The position numbers and the translations under genes were made by a program. The notes below the pieces were generated by a model. The model saw only the letters and a list, made by a program, of their open reading frames with translations, made no database searches and was not told the origin of the DNA. DNA of 64,000 bases, from contig NMRA01000159.1 in assembly GCA_002633005.1 (NCBI GenBank), positions 253,855 to 317,854 of the forward strand, given 5' to 3'. This DNA comes from Phoronis australis (Eukaryota; Animalia; Phoronida). Below, in pieces: positions 25,213-37,898 of the stretch (position 1 is the first letter of the stretch; every line of letters begins with the position of its first letter).

Positions 25213-25530
25213 GTAAGGCTAGGCACCCAGTGGATGTAGTAGTGTGAGGCTTATAGCAGTACTGGTAACTGGTAAGGCAGACTGCCCAGTGGTGTATGGC
25301 TTATAGCTCTACCGGTAAGGCAGACTGCCTTGGGGGGATTCTTATAGTACTACTGGTAAGGCAGACTGCCCAGTGGTGTAAGGGTTATACCGCTACCGGT
25401 AAGGCAAACTGCCCAGTAGTGTGAGGGTGATAGCACTACCTGTAGGGAAGAGTACCCGTTAGTGTGGATCCTACTATAGCAAAACGGGTAAGGCATAGTT
25501 ACGTGGTGTTGTATTGGGTTTTGGCACTAC
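25212..25530 (+). repeat. Minisatellite, about 41-46 bp unit, each unit starting GGTAAGGCA
   Basis: About 7 degenerate units of ggtaaggcagactgcccagtggtgta.ggcttatagc.ctac, beginning at the exon 5 donor site. Confidence 0.85.
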
Positions 25531-25865
25531 GTGTACTAGTAGAGCAACATTAATGAACTAATAGATAGGACTACTTGGCTCTATGTCATCTTCAAATGTA
25601 CAAATCTTCAAATTTCTGTTTCTTTTACCGCTTTTTATATTTGCAAATTACATTTTGCTGTTTCAAAATTATGATGATAAACAACATGAACGTGTTCTTG
25701 GAATTGCCCTCATCCGTCCTTTGCATTGACGCTGCTCATCGGATTTGCTGCATTCACATTCCACGGGGTTGGTTTTCACCAAGTACTCTCCACGCAACTG
25801 ATGTGTAATGCATTTAAGCAAGACTAACTTCTCAGAAATACTTATTCGGGGGGGGGGGGGGGGAA

Positions 25866-25941
25866 NNNNNNNNNNNNNNNNNNNNNNNNNNNNNNNNNNN
25901 NNNNNNNNNNNNNNNNNNNNNNNNNNNNNNNNNNNNNNNNN
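25866..25941. other. Assembly gap (N run) flanked by poly-G
   Basis: Run of n. Confidence 0.99.
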
Positions 25942-26695
25942 GGGGGGTAATGCGAAATATGTCGAGTAGGTCGTAAGTCACTTCATGAAGCCTTTGCCCT
26001 ATTTATTGCCTGATAAGGAGATTCTTTATCAACATCTTGTTTATGGCCTTCACTCGTGTTCTGGGCACAGCTGTGACCATTCTGCATTGTTCAACGGTTC
26101 TGATCTGTCTGAATCCTTAGTCTGCTACACTATGCTTGTAGGTGAGTGTGATAGAGCTGCCTAAGGTGTTAGATTGACTTGTGTTTTTGTTTTGTACAGC
26201 AGCTGAAACTGATTTAACCAGTTTTGGCCTCTGCTTTCTAATAACCAAGTTATAAGGCCAAGCCAGCACACTTGGTTCTTGGTGTGGGGACTAATCCTTT
26301 TATTCAAAATCAAATTTGCGTATTTTTGCATGTTTTGTTCTAGTTGAATACGTTTTTATCTTGTGTCTCGGCTTCTATGTGTCTCTCCATCATCAGTGAA
26401 ATCTTGATTTAGCCTGGATGCCTAGGAGTCGGAAATCCAGAAATTGTTTGAAAAATTTTTGCATTTTCTGTTCCAGTTGAAAACGAACTCAAATTAATTA
26501 TCTATAATTCCGTGCTCAAGTTGACTATGATTTACATGGCAGATTGTGTAGTCCTGTTTTGCACTTGATGACCCCAGCATCAAAGCACAAGTTCGAGTCT
26601 GAACTTGTAATATTGCGTTCTAATGGGAAATCTTGCGTTTCCAGTTGAATTTCTGGCTCGAGTCTTGGGGTCAATCAGTGTAAACTTGGACGACG

Positions 26696-26924
26696 CACTC
26701 AGCTGCGTAGAACATTCTGAATATACTCAAGCTCAGAACAATGAGCAATCCTCTTAAGCAGGTAAAGACAAACAGAAAACGTCACAATTATTTTTGATTT
26801 CGAGTTTAAAGATTAGACTCCTCTCCAAATAATTGTGACGTTTTCTGTTTGTCTTTACCTGCTTAAGAGGATTGCTCATTGTTCTGAGCTTGAGTATATT
26901 CAGAATGTTCTACGCAGCTGAGTG
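26696..26924. repeat. Perfect 98-bp inverted repeat with 33-bp spacer
   Basis: 26696-26793 is the exact reverse complement of 26827-26924. Confidence 0.95.
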
Positions 26925-27017
26925 AACGAATCAAGACCTAGGTGCATGTATAAGCAAATGTAACCTGTTACCTATGGCGCTTGTTTCTGTGATCTTTGAC
27001 CTGTATGTGTATTTCAG

Positions 27018-27113
27018 GGGAATGCAGGTGTATCCACAATACAGGTGGATCTCATTGTGAACGATGTGCTAAAGGTTTCACAGGTGTACCTGGTAACTGC
27101 ACATCCACTCCAG
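27018..27113 (+). CDS. MEGF9: MEGF9-like gene exon 6 (end of third laminin-EGF)
   Basis: GECRCIHNTGGSHCERCAKGFTGVPGNCTSTP. tatttcag acceptor and CCAG|gtaact donor, 96 nt. Confidence 0.92.
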
Positions 27114-28227
27114 GTAACTCTACCGTGACTTGGGACACCTAGGAATATTTTGCAGTTAACCGAGGCGTTGCTTATGATTCATATGGGGGAGGATTGTGAC
27201 GGGTGCTTTCAATGTGCACTTTAGCAGAGGTTTGGGTAAAAAAATTCTGCCACTTGGTGAGTGGAAACCCCACCCAGCGCCACCTACAAGAGAAGGTGAA
27301 GGATGATCATCAATGCACATGCTGTGATTGGGGCTTTGTTGTATACATGTGTATGGGGAATGAATCGGAGAAGTGTCGTGAATTGTTCTAGTTTGGTTTG
27401 TGTGTCTTGCATTCTCGAGTGTGTTGAAGGTATAAAACTCTTGTTTTAAAATATTCCACTCTTACATGAGGGACTCTCAAAAAGTTTTCACGAAAAAAAC
27501 AAAATGGTATATTTGAAAACCGTAACACCGTTTTTGATGTGTCATCGTGAGCATGTTTCATTTGGTTGTATCATTGATGCTGTTGTCTTGCTGTCAATCT
27601 ACCTTCAGTTTATTTCTCACTAAATATTTCTAAAAAGACATGGAAAATGTGTTACCCCATGATCAGCTTGATTTTGAATAAGTATGACTTCAGTTGGCAA
27701 ACAATTTATGACAACTTGACCACTTTGCTGCTTTCTAATGACTCTTTGCAACATCAGTTTGGATTAATACAAGTGAACAAATCAATGGGTTTGTGTATGT
27801 TTGCTAATTACACTCACACTCAGATTTTTGCTGACCGTGGTGTTCAAGTGTTGGATATACATGAGGACTCGTTCACAAATGTTCCAATCTCCTGAGATTT
27901 TGAGTCCACTAAAATCATGCGGGGGCATTTTCGCAGAAAAGTAATAATTTTTCAATCACCTTTGTTCCCAAGAGATGGCTTAAGTTAGAATCCTGATTCT
28001 ATGCTGGAAGCACAGGTGAATTTAATAGTACATTCAAGTGTAGCACTCTCCAAGTGTTCTCATCCGGTGATGTCTCAAAAAGTATTGGTTCAAATTTTAG
28101 TTAAGTAGGAGGTATCTGTGTTTGCTAACTGCATGATTGTGGATCTACATGTCGTATTTTTTGTTTCTGATGTCCCCCCGAAGGAACTTAAGCCTGTTTT
28201 GCTGAAGTCGTTTCTGTTGTGTTGTAG

Positions 28228-28568
28228 AAGTAAACAAAGACACTACCGAGTCGAAGAGTTCAGGTGGTGACCCAACAATCGGCGCCATCATTGGCGTCTG
28301 CGTGGTGATTGGTCTGTTGGTGGTAGGACTCCTACTCTACTTCGCCTGGCGCCATTACAGACGGTGGAAGCGACAGCCCGGCCAGTTCTGGACAGTGGGG
28401 CTGAGTCCGGAGACAGACGACCTAACGCTGCAGGCGGAGCATGACTGGCATGACCAGTATAACAGCCGGGACGACTCTCTGCTCATAGGCAGCAGCAGCT
28501 ATGTGGGGCGGTTCTCAGCACCGTCGGGTGAGGAGCCGAACCCCTACCGGTCGATCACGGTGTCGTGA
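28228..28568 (+). CDS. MEGF9: MEGF9-like gene exon 7 (TM helix and cytoplasmic tail, stop codon)
   Basis: gttgtag acceptor. TM IGAIIGVCVVIGLLVVGLLLYFAW, basic stop-transfer RHYRRWKR, then QFWTVGL resembling the MEGF9 tail motif PFWTIEL. Exons sum to 1260 nt (419 aa + stop). Confidence 0.92.
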
Positions 28569-28629
28569 CTTCCTGGTAGACACGAAGGTTAATGACGTAT
28601 GAGTGCGAATGTGAATATGAAAGGAATCC

Positions 28630-28810
28630 TGCAATTGTGACCAGTCAATTGTTCGTCATTTTTCCATTGTGAATGGTCATCTGTCTGTTGGGAACTGACA
28701 TTTGTCCATTGCGACCTATCGTTTTTCAATTGTGACCAGTCATTTGTCATTTGTCACTTGTGCCTGCTGATTTGCTGATAATTAGCAGTTTTGTCACGTG
28801 TGACATAACT
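28630..28810. repeat. Degenerate minisatellite (about 20-bp unit, ATTGTGACCAGTCATTT) in the presumed 3' UTR
   Basis: Recurring attgtgacc / tcatttgtc motifs. Confidence 0.55.
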
Positions 28811-31384
28811 TTGACTCTTCAATGGAATGGTGACCTCATTGTGTGCAGTTCTGCTCACTGGTAACGTTTGTAGCACTTATAAATTTTTGTATTGAAACGA
28901 CAGGGAAGGTTTTTAGGCATTAATATGTAGGGAAATGTAATCAGCGTAACCTTGACAGTTCTTTATTGAAAGGTAAATTGTGACTACAAGCATTTACTTA
29001 GATCACGAGTCAGTCATCAAATTTTAGAATGTCTCTCTGGTATATAAACAGCAAGAGTTCAGTTCAATTTTCATAAAAAGCTCCTCAGTTAGGGACACAA
29101 TTTTGCTGACTAGCAGAAGTTTGTTGTGCCCTGTTCATCAACAAAAATTTCTTATATGAAAATACTTTAATTTGCGTTAGTTTGCAGGATACAGCTGTCA
29201 GTGAACAGTGTTTGGCCTTTGCAGTAACATTGCAAACCTTTCATAAATGGTCATTTTAGTTGCCATTTTTGTTCCATATTGAAGAGTTTTTGCTATTCCT
29301 CCGACATTTGTTAGTAACCTAACTAGTTTGAATTATTCGGCAGCAGTGCTCTGGTGTATGGCCATGTTTGCTGCTGAGTATTCCAGCTACATATTGTATT
29401 TACTAAGTATGACCAGCGCCCTCTTCAGGTCTGTAGAATTTTGTTCTGTGTGTTGTTTATTGAGAGCTGTTGTTGATAGTTTTGAGCGGTGCACATTCTG
29501 ACTAGAACTGATGTACCCTGCCATGACGAAGTCTGGTGGTGGATCCTGAATTCTTGGGGGTGGGCACGAGTGGATAAAGGTTGCGCCCTGTCATTAAATA
29601 TATGTTCAGTTTAAGCATGGTTTTGTTATAAACAATTTGTTATTTTTTTGTAATTATATTTTTGCATCCAGAGTTGAGGACTTGATGGTTAAAAGTTTGA
29701 GTTGAAAGTTGGCTGGTTAGGTAAGCAAATTAACCCCCCCCCCAAAAAAAAAAAAACATTTCTTTTATACATGTGGCCGGAAGCCTTTGTTTTCATAAAA
29801 TTGGTGAAATGAGACCATCTAATTATTAATCCTGTAAGTTATCTATTTTTACAATACTTTCTTGCCGTGGAAATCCTTTTAAACTGTGGCAATCCCCCAC
29901 TTCACCATCTTGTTTGGCTCGCAATAATTGTGAAAATTGCCAGTTTGTAAAAACCTGGCCACTTTACTGCTGTTAGAAGTGAAGGAAGCTCCACCTACTG
30001 GGGAATGTTGACATCTGCACTGTACAAACCATGATAGTAGAGTAAATGTTTCTTCATCTTTATTTTGAGACAAATTTTGGCAAAATAAAATTAAATTTCA
30101 CTTGTCAGCCATTATTGTGTACTAAGTATTTGAAGAATAACCTTCTCTCACAGTGGTTGATTCATGTAAATTGGATTAAACGTTTTAAATTTCATGGAGA
30201 TCAGCTAAAACCAAAAATCGATTTGCTGCTGGCTTACGCTTTCCTAAATTCAAAGCATCACATTCCCATTTTGGCATGATTCATTTTGGATAATGGCAAA
30301 TTCCAAAAAGTCACAGCACCTGCGACTTATATGTATGTCTTTAAAAAGGCAATGCTTTGACCAATTTTGTTTTGGTTCCTGGGTCAGCCCTATGTGTCTG
30401 AGGTCCTTAGTGTCTCTGGGTTCTATGGGTCCCTAAAGAAAGGTATTTGTTCTAAATTAGTAGTGAAAGTAATTTCAACATTGGCCATGTAAACCAATGG
30501 TTAGTGATGTCAAAGGGGAGCGTATCCATGTTAACCGGATTTTACATGTCCTGGGTTGTGTCTGGACCAGGTCATTCGCCTTGGGTGTTGTGCATCTCTG
30601 GTGTTTGGTGTCTCTACACAAGTTACTTTGCGTATAGGGTTCTATCTGTCTCTGCTTCTTTGTGTCTGGGCTTCTTCAATGTTTGTGTCTCGGCTTCTCT
30701 TTGTCTCTCTGTATCAGTGATGCTATAACCTTGTTTCTTACAAGCCCGAAAACCAGAAATTGTTTACTGGGGATTCGCAGACCCATCGAATGTGAGGGTA
30801 TAGAGAGCTATGTATACTAACTTTTGTTGGAACGCATCTAATTCAAGACACACGACCCAGGTTAAATAGAATCCGGACTCAAACATAGAACCCTGGCCAC
30901 ACAGATACACTCTAGTGTTGCTGCCACTAGCCATTGTTTTAGACTGATATTGTTCTTGTCATTACTTACATAAGACATATTACTGCAATGTGATTAATTC
31001 TAAAGTGCTATGAGTTTATTTTTGTGTCCGGAGCATAATATGGCTTCGCTGTATTGGGTGTGTATTTTACATAGTCGACATATCATCTGTGGAACTTTTC
31101 CAAGTCTTCATGTTTTTAGAAGGTAAAGCTATTTTGTGACTAGATTTTGATGTATTTGAAATGGAAAAGGTTTAGCACCATTCCATTAGTTTGCTTGTAT
31201 TCTCCTCAGGCGTACTACCTATTATGTTGACTTAACAAACTGTACATTATGGTCTCCATAGTGATCCTTAGTGTCAATCATGTGATGAAGTAAAATTTAG
31301 AAAACTGATATCCGGGTTTTGTTGCGTTGTATACATTTATTGTGATAAAATTGCCAACAGGGAATTTCAGACTTGCTTTAAGCA

Positions 31385-31390
31385 AATAAA
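31385..31390 (+). promoter_or_regulatory. Candidate polyadenylation signal of the MEGF9-like gene
   Basis: AATAAA followed by a GT-rich tract (ggttggttttctgttt), at the end of a long T-rich UTR-like stretch. An earlier AATAAA occurs near 30084. Confidence 0.35.
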
Positions 31391-34300
31391 CACTCTATGG
31401 CCAATGGTTGGTTTTCTGTTTAGTACAGATATTCTGCGAAGTTTCCGAAAGTTGTCGTCTTTGACTGCAAGTTCGTAAGTCTTGAATACCTTGTTAGCTT
31501 AATTGATACTTTGGGCAACACAAGTCTATGTGTATTCTTATGCATGTTGCATAGCTTTCGCTACTAAGTTATGTGAAAATGAACTGACGGAAGTTATCTC
31601 CACATGAGTATGACGTCACAGGCTACACTTTGGTTCTACCTGTTCTGTTGGAAGATACCGTTGTCTCCGAGAAAAATCACAATTTGGTGGGATAGTTTCT
31701 TGTGATCATGGGATCTCGGGAACTGGATGTTTTCGTGTGAAAAGTGTGGTTTCAGTTTCATGGGTGGACAGTCGGTACACGTATTTCACGGATATTTAAG
31801 GAACTGTGTGTGTTGGTGCCAGTTCGGGAAATTGCATTATCCTAAAATCTTGTTTTCACCAGTGCTATAGTATTGCAAGAGTAGTCTCTAAACACTGTAA
31901 TTATCATTAAAAATAGTTGAGGGTGCATTTCGCTCTTTTCAGCTGGCTAAAATATGAACGGCGAATTAGGACTTGCTTTCAAGATCTGTCTCGTTATATA
32001 ACTTTACGTGGTGGGACGCCATTTCCGTTACCAACATGTATATGGAAACTATTAGTAACTCGAGAAAACCTTTCAGAGTCTGTTGGAGTTGGCCAATATT
32101 AAAATTGCTAATTCAAAATGGCGCATGTATGCATTGCCTGTGACTTGACTTGGTGAAGGAAAGTCACAGAATGCGAACTCTATCACTGTAAGGAATATTA
32201 CCTGTCTGATTTCATAGTAAACGTCCTAATTCGAGTTTCGCTTGTTATGCAGCAGACGAGGGCGAAGTGTAGCTTTGAAATTAATTACCACGGGGACCAA
32301 GTGCAGGAAAAATCGTTGTCTAATTTTACACAATGACAAACTTGGATGAAGAAAAACCATCGTCTGCCTTGTCAAAACAAGTGCTTCGCCTGGTGGTGAT
32401 TTGTGTCAGTATAAATTGGGCCACGGTGGAGCTCAGACATGCTTTTGTTTCTGTTCCTTGCTATAGTTTTATTGTATTATGACGAAGAGAATGTCATTAT
32501 TGGTTCTGGTCTGCGCACTACTCATTTTGAAACGTGCCTCACCATTAAAAAAATGTGCCTTCCCAATACTAACACTGGGACACTGGCACCCTGCTGTCGG
32601 GGAACCCCACCCCCTCAACACTGGTGCTCCTACCTTTTGAATAACTAAAGTTATCACATTAATTTTCAAAAAGACCAGAACCAATTATGCTTTTTGATGT
32701 TTGAATTCGCTGTAGGCTTGAGGAGTAGACAGTTTGAATCTCCTGTTGTTGACATTAGCTGAAATTAGAATGAAAATTCCGTGTTGTTTGTTGAATTTTT
32801 TATGAATTGTATAATATTAGTTTCAGTTGGAAACCTTGAAATGCATAATGCACTGAAAATCATTGTTTCTTTCGGAATACTGCTATAGTCTTTGGTAGTG
32901 GTAAATGTAAAGAAATTTGATGGTGCGATTTGTTGACAAGTGCGTTCGAGATAATGGATGAATTTCCGCACACCACCAACTCTTAACAGACGTAGAGAAG
33001 GACGCGGACTAACGAATTCTCCTGACGTGGTTGTGGCACTACAAAAATGCGATGATAAATGAAGACGTCAGTTGCTTGTCAATGCATTCCTTGTTAGTTT
33101 GGTACAATGTTATGGCGTATTTAAAATTTCTTTTTGTATATCGGGTGTTGTAACGGTGAACTTATATTTACTATCCTGCTAATAAACATACGCAATGGTT
33201 ATATTTCGTGTTATTGCATGTCCCGTTTTGGCGAGACTGCCCCGCTTTGTGAAGGTTTGTCCTGCTGTCCGGACACTCCATCAAATGTCCTACTTCTTGA
33301 CGAACGTCCAAAAAGGAGACGCTGACGGGGCGTTTTTGAGTTTTACGGCTCACGTAATTTCCCGTTCGTCCAAAATATGCCATCGAATTGTTTTTGGATG
33401 TGCACTTTCCCGTTCGAGAAAAATAAAAAACCCATCTTGCCGTTTCCGCTTGTTCCGTCACAATCTCTGGCACACATCAACACTGATGCTTATGAGAGTG
33501 AAGTATGAACTGTGGGGTCAACGTATCTTTAATTATACAACAGCTTATTATTTTCAATAACTTATCATTAATATTACCATAGGCAAGAAATACATTTTTG
33601 AGCTTCACAAATGGCGCACATATGTTAATTTAGGTGACTCCACCTCCGAAGGCGACCACAAAGCGTGCTCCTTATAGAAATGTACAGTATGTTGCCCCAC
33701 CTGAATGCAGCCAAAAAGCGAGGCTCCTCATCTTAATTAAGGAAGCCCAGTCCCTGTGGTCTTTGGGCGTGGCCCTCCTATATTGATAAAAGAATACACA
33801 CTGAATTTTTGCTTACTTATGTTATTTCAATAAGAATAATAAGCCGTCATACGTAATCTACCATTTACAAAATAGCCCCTAAGGCCAAAAGTGTTTTTGA
33901 CTTTAGGTTTCAGTGGAGTGACAGGAGCATTGAGGCTGAACTCGTCACATTAAGAAAAACACTGTGTAACAGTTCATGCGTTTTTTATTATAAAGCGTCC
34001 TTCACAGTTTTTATGCGCCTTAGAGCATGTATGCATATTGCTCCCATCTCTATCTTGGCGCCTGCTTGGTAGCTGTCTGAAATCTCATTTCGTTAAAGGT
34101 CAACAATTTGCAAGTTTCAATTGCTTGATTCTCAAAATTAGGAATCAACAATGACAATGTTATTATAGTAGTGGTTTGTCATTTAGTTTTGACTTCCTAT
34201 TAAGACCGATTGATCAGGTTTGTTGGGAGGATCTAGATTATTGAATACGAAAGGACATTCCGCTACTGTCTAGTAGGCCCACTCCGACTGGAATACAAGA

Positions 34301-35087
34301 GGGATAGGTCACAATCTACCCAAATGAACTCTCACCAGTAACAGATTCCATTACGGAAACAGCTGAATTTTTGGGGAGCGCCATATTGAAGTCACGCTAT
34401 TACACACATGTCAGATCAACAGGAGTCAGTACATATACATGTAAACTAGCCATCTCAGCTGGTGTGCCTGCTTTTGTTGTTTATTTGGCAATAGGAAGAA
34501 TTTAAAAGTCTTAAAAAAATTGAGTACCGTTATTCCAGAGTGTCAAGCACAAAATCAGTGGATAACTACTTGATTGCCTTTGCTGGGCTTGTGAACCTAT
34601 GTGCTGATCTGATCAGAGATCAAAATTTGGAAGTCGTGGACTAACAGTGTCTTTGTAAATTGCCCATTCCAAACGGTAACCTGTACTGTTTTCTGTGGGA
34701 AAAGTTGACACACACTTTGAGAAATTGCAATTCATAGCACAGTATGAAGCAACGCATGGTTCAAATGTTATAAGCTTGGAAAAACATTCGGAAGTACTTC
34801 AAGCGGTGAAAACAGTAAAGGCTTTACAAAAGCCAAATACTCTTAGCCTCAACTTCATCTACGAGGCGTTCGAGAACTTTATGAAAGTAAAATGTATGCA
34901 GTTGAGCAACAGTTTGCTCAACATAACTTATTCAAAACAGCTAGTATGTTATAGTAATTGTCACTCTGTACAAAACTAGTTTTGCTTTCTCAAAAGTCAA
35001 GTACAAAAAATGATTATTTTTGCATTTGACATCATCAGCATCATAATTAAACACAACGTATATTTATTTGGTGATACGAGCTAATGC

Positions 35088-35720
35088 TGTGGCGGATCTA
35101 GGATATCACAAGGCCGGGGGGCCCAACATTTTGTCCGGCTGTACGCATTTGCGCAAACCACGATTGTAGATGCGTATAGAACCGAATGGGGGGAGGTTTG
35201 CCCCCCTCCCGCCCAGGAAAAAAATTCTGTTTTTTTCCTCTAAAAATCAAGCATTTTCCTTGATTCCTGAAGTATTTTCCACGAAAAAAGGAAAACAAAA
35301 AAAAAACACGGAGAACATGTCAAACAGGAAAAACCACAAGTACCACAGACTTGAACTCACGAGCTGGCGGCTAGAGCGCGCGTGCTTTACCACTACACCA
35401 CCACGTATTATCAACTAATCTTGTGCTAAGAGACCTACTTGTTTATGGTCCACAGCGTTTGCGCGCGAAACCTACTTCTTTTTGTAATGATTATAACACG
35501 TGTTATATTTTGTGCAATCGGTTCTTAACAAATTTGTTGTCTTCAAATGCCCAAAAGACCAAATCCGTTTTTCGTGTTGGCAANCTGAGCCCCCCCCCCT
35601 CCCCAAGCACTAAAACTGCACACATTTAAATCTTGTTTCATCCGTATAATTTTAATTACCGGGGTTAATTAATAAACTCAACATTTCCCTACGCTCTTGT
35701 TGGGCCCCCCCTAAATAAGC
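35088..35720. mobile_element. Second long copy of the hAT-like MITE with antisense tRNA-like segment
   Basis: Collinear with 13188-13680 over about 490 bp. tRNA-like part at about 35348-35403. Confidence 0.75.
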
Positions 35721-35812
35721 CTATGAGAGGAACCAAACTCATACAAGAAGAATAATATATATTTTAAGTTGTATTGAGAATTTCAGGGTCACAGCTCCAC
35801 AAATAAATATTT

Positions 35813-36075
35813 CACAGAAGGAACCAGGTGGGTTCCTTAATTACAAGAGATAACACACAAATTTCTGATACCCAAAGTGTAGTTGAGTATCGGATACTAA
35901 GTGGCACAGGTAAGCATAGTACCAAATGGGTACATAATACCAAATGGGTATTGGCCGATTGCCTACCAACTGGGTCGAGCAAACCGGCAAATTCAATAAC
36001 AAATACATGTACCAAGTGGGTACAAACTGCCAAATGGGCAAATACCCTATAAAGTACCACGTGGGTACATCAAAC
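35813..36075. repeat. Array of TACCA(A/C)(A/G)TGGGTA quasi-palindromes (CACTA/EnSpm-like subterminal region)
   Basis: Starts CACAG. About 6 copies of taccaaatgggta-like units. Confidence 0.5.
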
Positions 36076-37850
36076 AGCCAACTGGACTATAACAACCTGC
36101 AAAGCAGGTTCCGGACAAGCTGAGTGAGCAGACCAGCCGAAATAATAAAACGAGATATTGTAAGGAACGTGGTGTTGTGGCTCGCTATGTGCCGAGAGCT
36201 GTGACCGGGGTGGAGAGAAGCAAGCTACAGTAATGGATGCTCAAGTACAGGTCTGGTCGCTAGCCAATGATGTCGGTTCTTTGCCTGACGGTAACACGCT
36301 CCGGGCTTTAAGAAGGCAGCACCAGTGACTGTAAAAACATCAATAACCAACAGCAGATTTTATTTGACAAAAGGGAGGGAGCGTGAGAAATGTATAAATC
36401 AGTTGACATGACATTTTGTGGTACCCATGTAGGGAGGGTGGAGAGGTATAAAATTTTCTAATTAGGAAAACTTACGAGTGAATGTACTTTTTCTTGAGGT
36501 TGGGCCAACAGGAAGCTGGAGAGAAAGAACAAACAGCGCTACCATCGGACTTGGTAGGAACTAACTAGGAGTTGGAGATGAAGGATGAAGGGGTGTATAA
36601 TAGTATTTGCCCAAATAACAGAATTTATGTCAAAGCGCCATAAATCTCATTACGTAATTTTGTGTGAAATTGTGAAGTAGTTATCATATATTTTTGAAAA
36701 ACAAGTGCAACATTGTTGACCCAATCTGACTTACTTAATTACTCATGTTCCAATACTTGTTCCAGGTTCAGTGACATTTTAAGGCCACTTCAAACCGCAA
36801 CATAGACAAGTTTTGTTACTCCTTTCTATTCCCACGGCATGTCGTCCACACTCAAGCAGTGCTGCATGGCACAATGTACAAGCCGGTGGCTCTGGCGAAA
36901 TGTACATGTAAATCGCAGTACTAAGTTACCATATGAAATTGTGCCAGTGGATTGTTTGTGTGTGAACTATATCTGACTGCTACACCAGCCAGTGAGGATG
37001 AACTTTCATGGGCAATGAGTCATGTGTGGACAACAATGACTCATTTCCTTTCCTGGAAGGAACATGAGGGAAGCTAAAGGAGACCTANTGACCTATAGAA
37101 ATGTCTGGCGATCAAAACGAAGTATTCCCTTTGATTCCATTTGATTCGTTTATGTTTGAAACCATTTTTAGAGCTTTCTTAAGAAGGTATTTAAACAGTT
37201 TTAAGTTTTGTGTTAACTTGTCTACAACAAAAGTTACACTTGGAAGCAAAGTATGTTTTCAATCGTAGCTAGCTGGATAAGAATCTGCCATGCAGAAGAT
37301 TTGAGAATGAACAATAATCAGTGTATATAAAAACAAAATGGCAAACTGAACAACCACATATTATATAGAACGGAACAACATTATTTGTTAAAAACAATTG
37401 TAATTTTTCCAATGCAAGGGCTGACTTAAGTTTCTGAATTGAGAGGTTCAATTCCCTCAGATTATTGCTGAAGTACTGCTTTTCACTTGGTCGATATGTA
37501 AAATAGACTGTAAAGCGGCTGGGTTCTGTCGTTTTCTCTCAACTGTAACAGAATAGTCAGAGAAATATTAGCAAATTATAAAAGAAAACACAAGACAAAA
37601 CTACTTTTGTAAGGCATAACTTACTTGACATTTAATCTTCATGTTTATATGTAGAAACTATTAATCTTTGTACCCAAGCCTTATTTACGATTTGAATCAA
37701 AATATGTGAAACAGGCTAAAAGTGATTTAAGAATGTGTATTTTTCATGACTTCTAAAGTGTGTTTTTGATCTCAACAAATAAAATTTATTCTAGGTGTCA
37801 ATGTTAATTCCAATGCAATGTTACGGATTTACTAGTGTCAGAATAGCTCA

Positions 37851-37864
37851 TATATATGTATATG

Positions 37865-37895
<31 letters not shown>

Positions 37896-37898
37896 ATA
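37851..37898. repeat. (TATATG)n/(TA)n microsatellite
   Basis: Directly visible. Confidence 0.95.

Noticed and set aside
25212-25530. CRISPR-like repeat-spacer pattern
   Set aside because: The apparent spacers are degenerate copies of each other, so this is a tandem minisatellite.
28535-28560. NPxY (PTB-binding) motif in the MEGF9-like tail
   Set aside because: The sequence is PNPYRSI, so the spacing is NPY, not NPxY. Only a Yxx-phi motif is supported.
31560-33560. Separate gene downstream of the MEGF9-like 3' UTR
   Set aside because: Only short ORFs with no motif or consistent exon chain. 33200-33480 is repeat-like (cccgtt motifs, similar to about 6750-7030 on the other strand).
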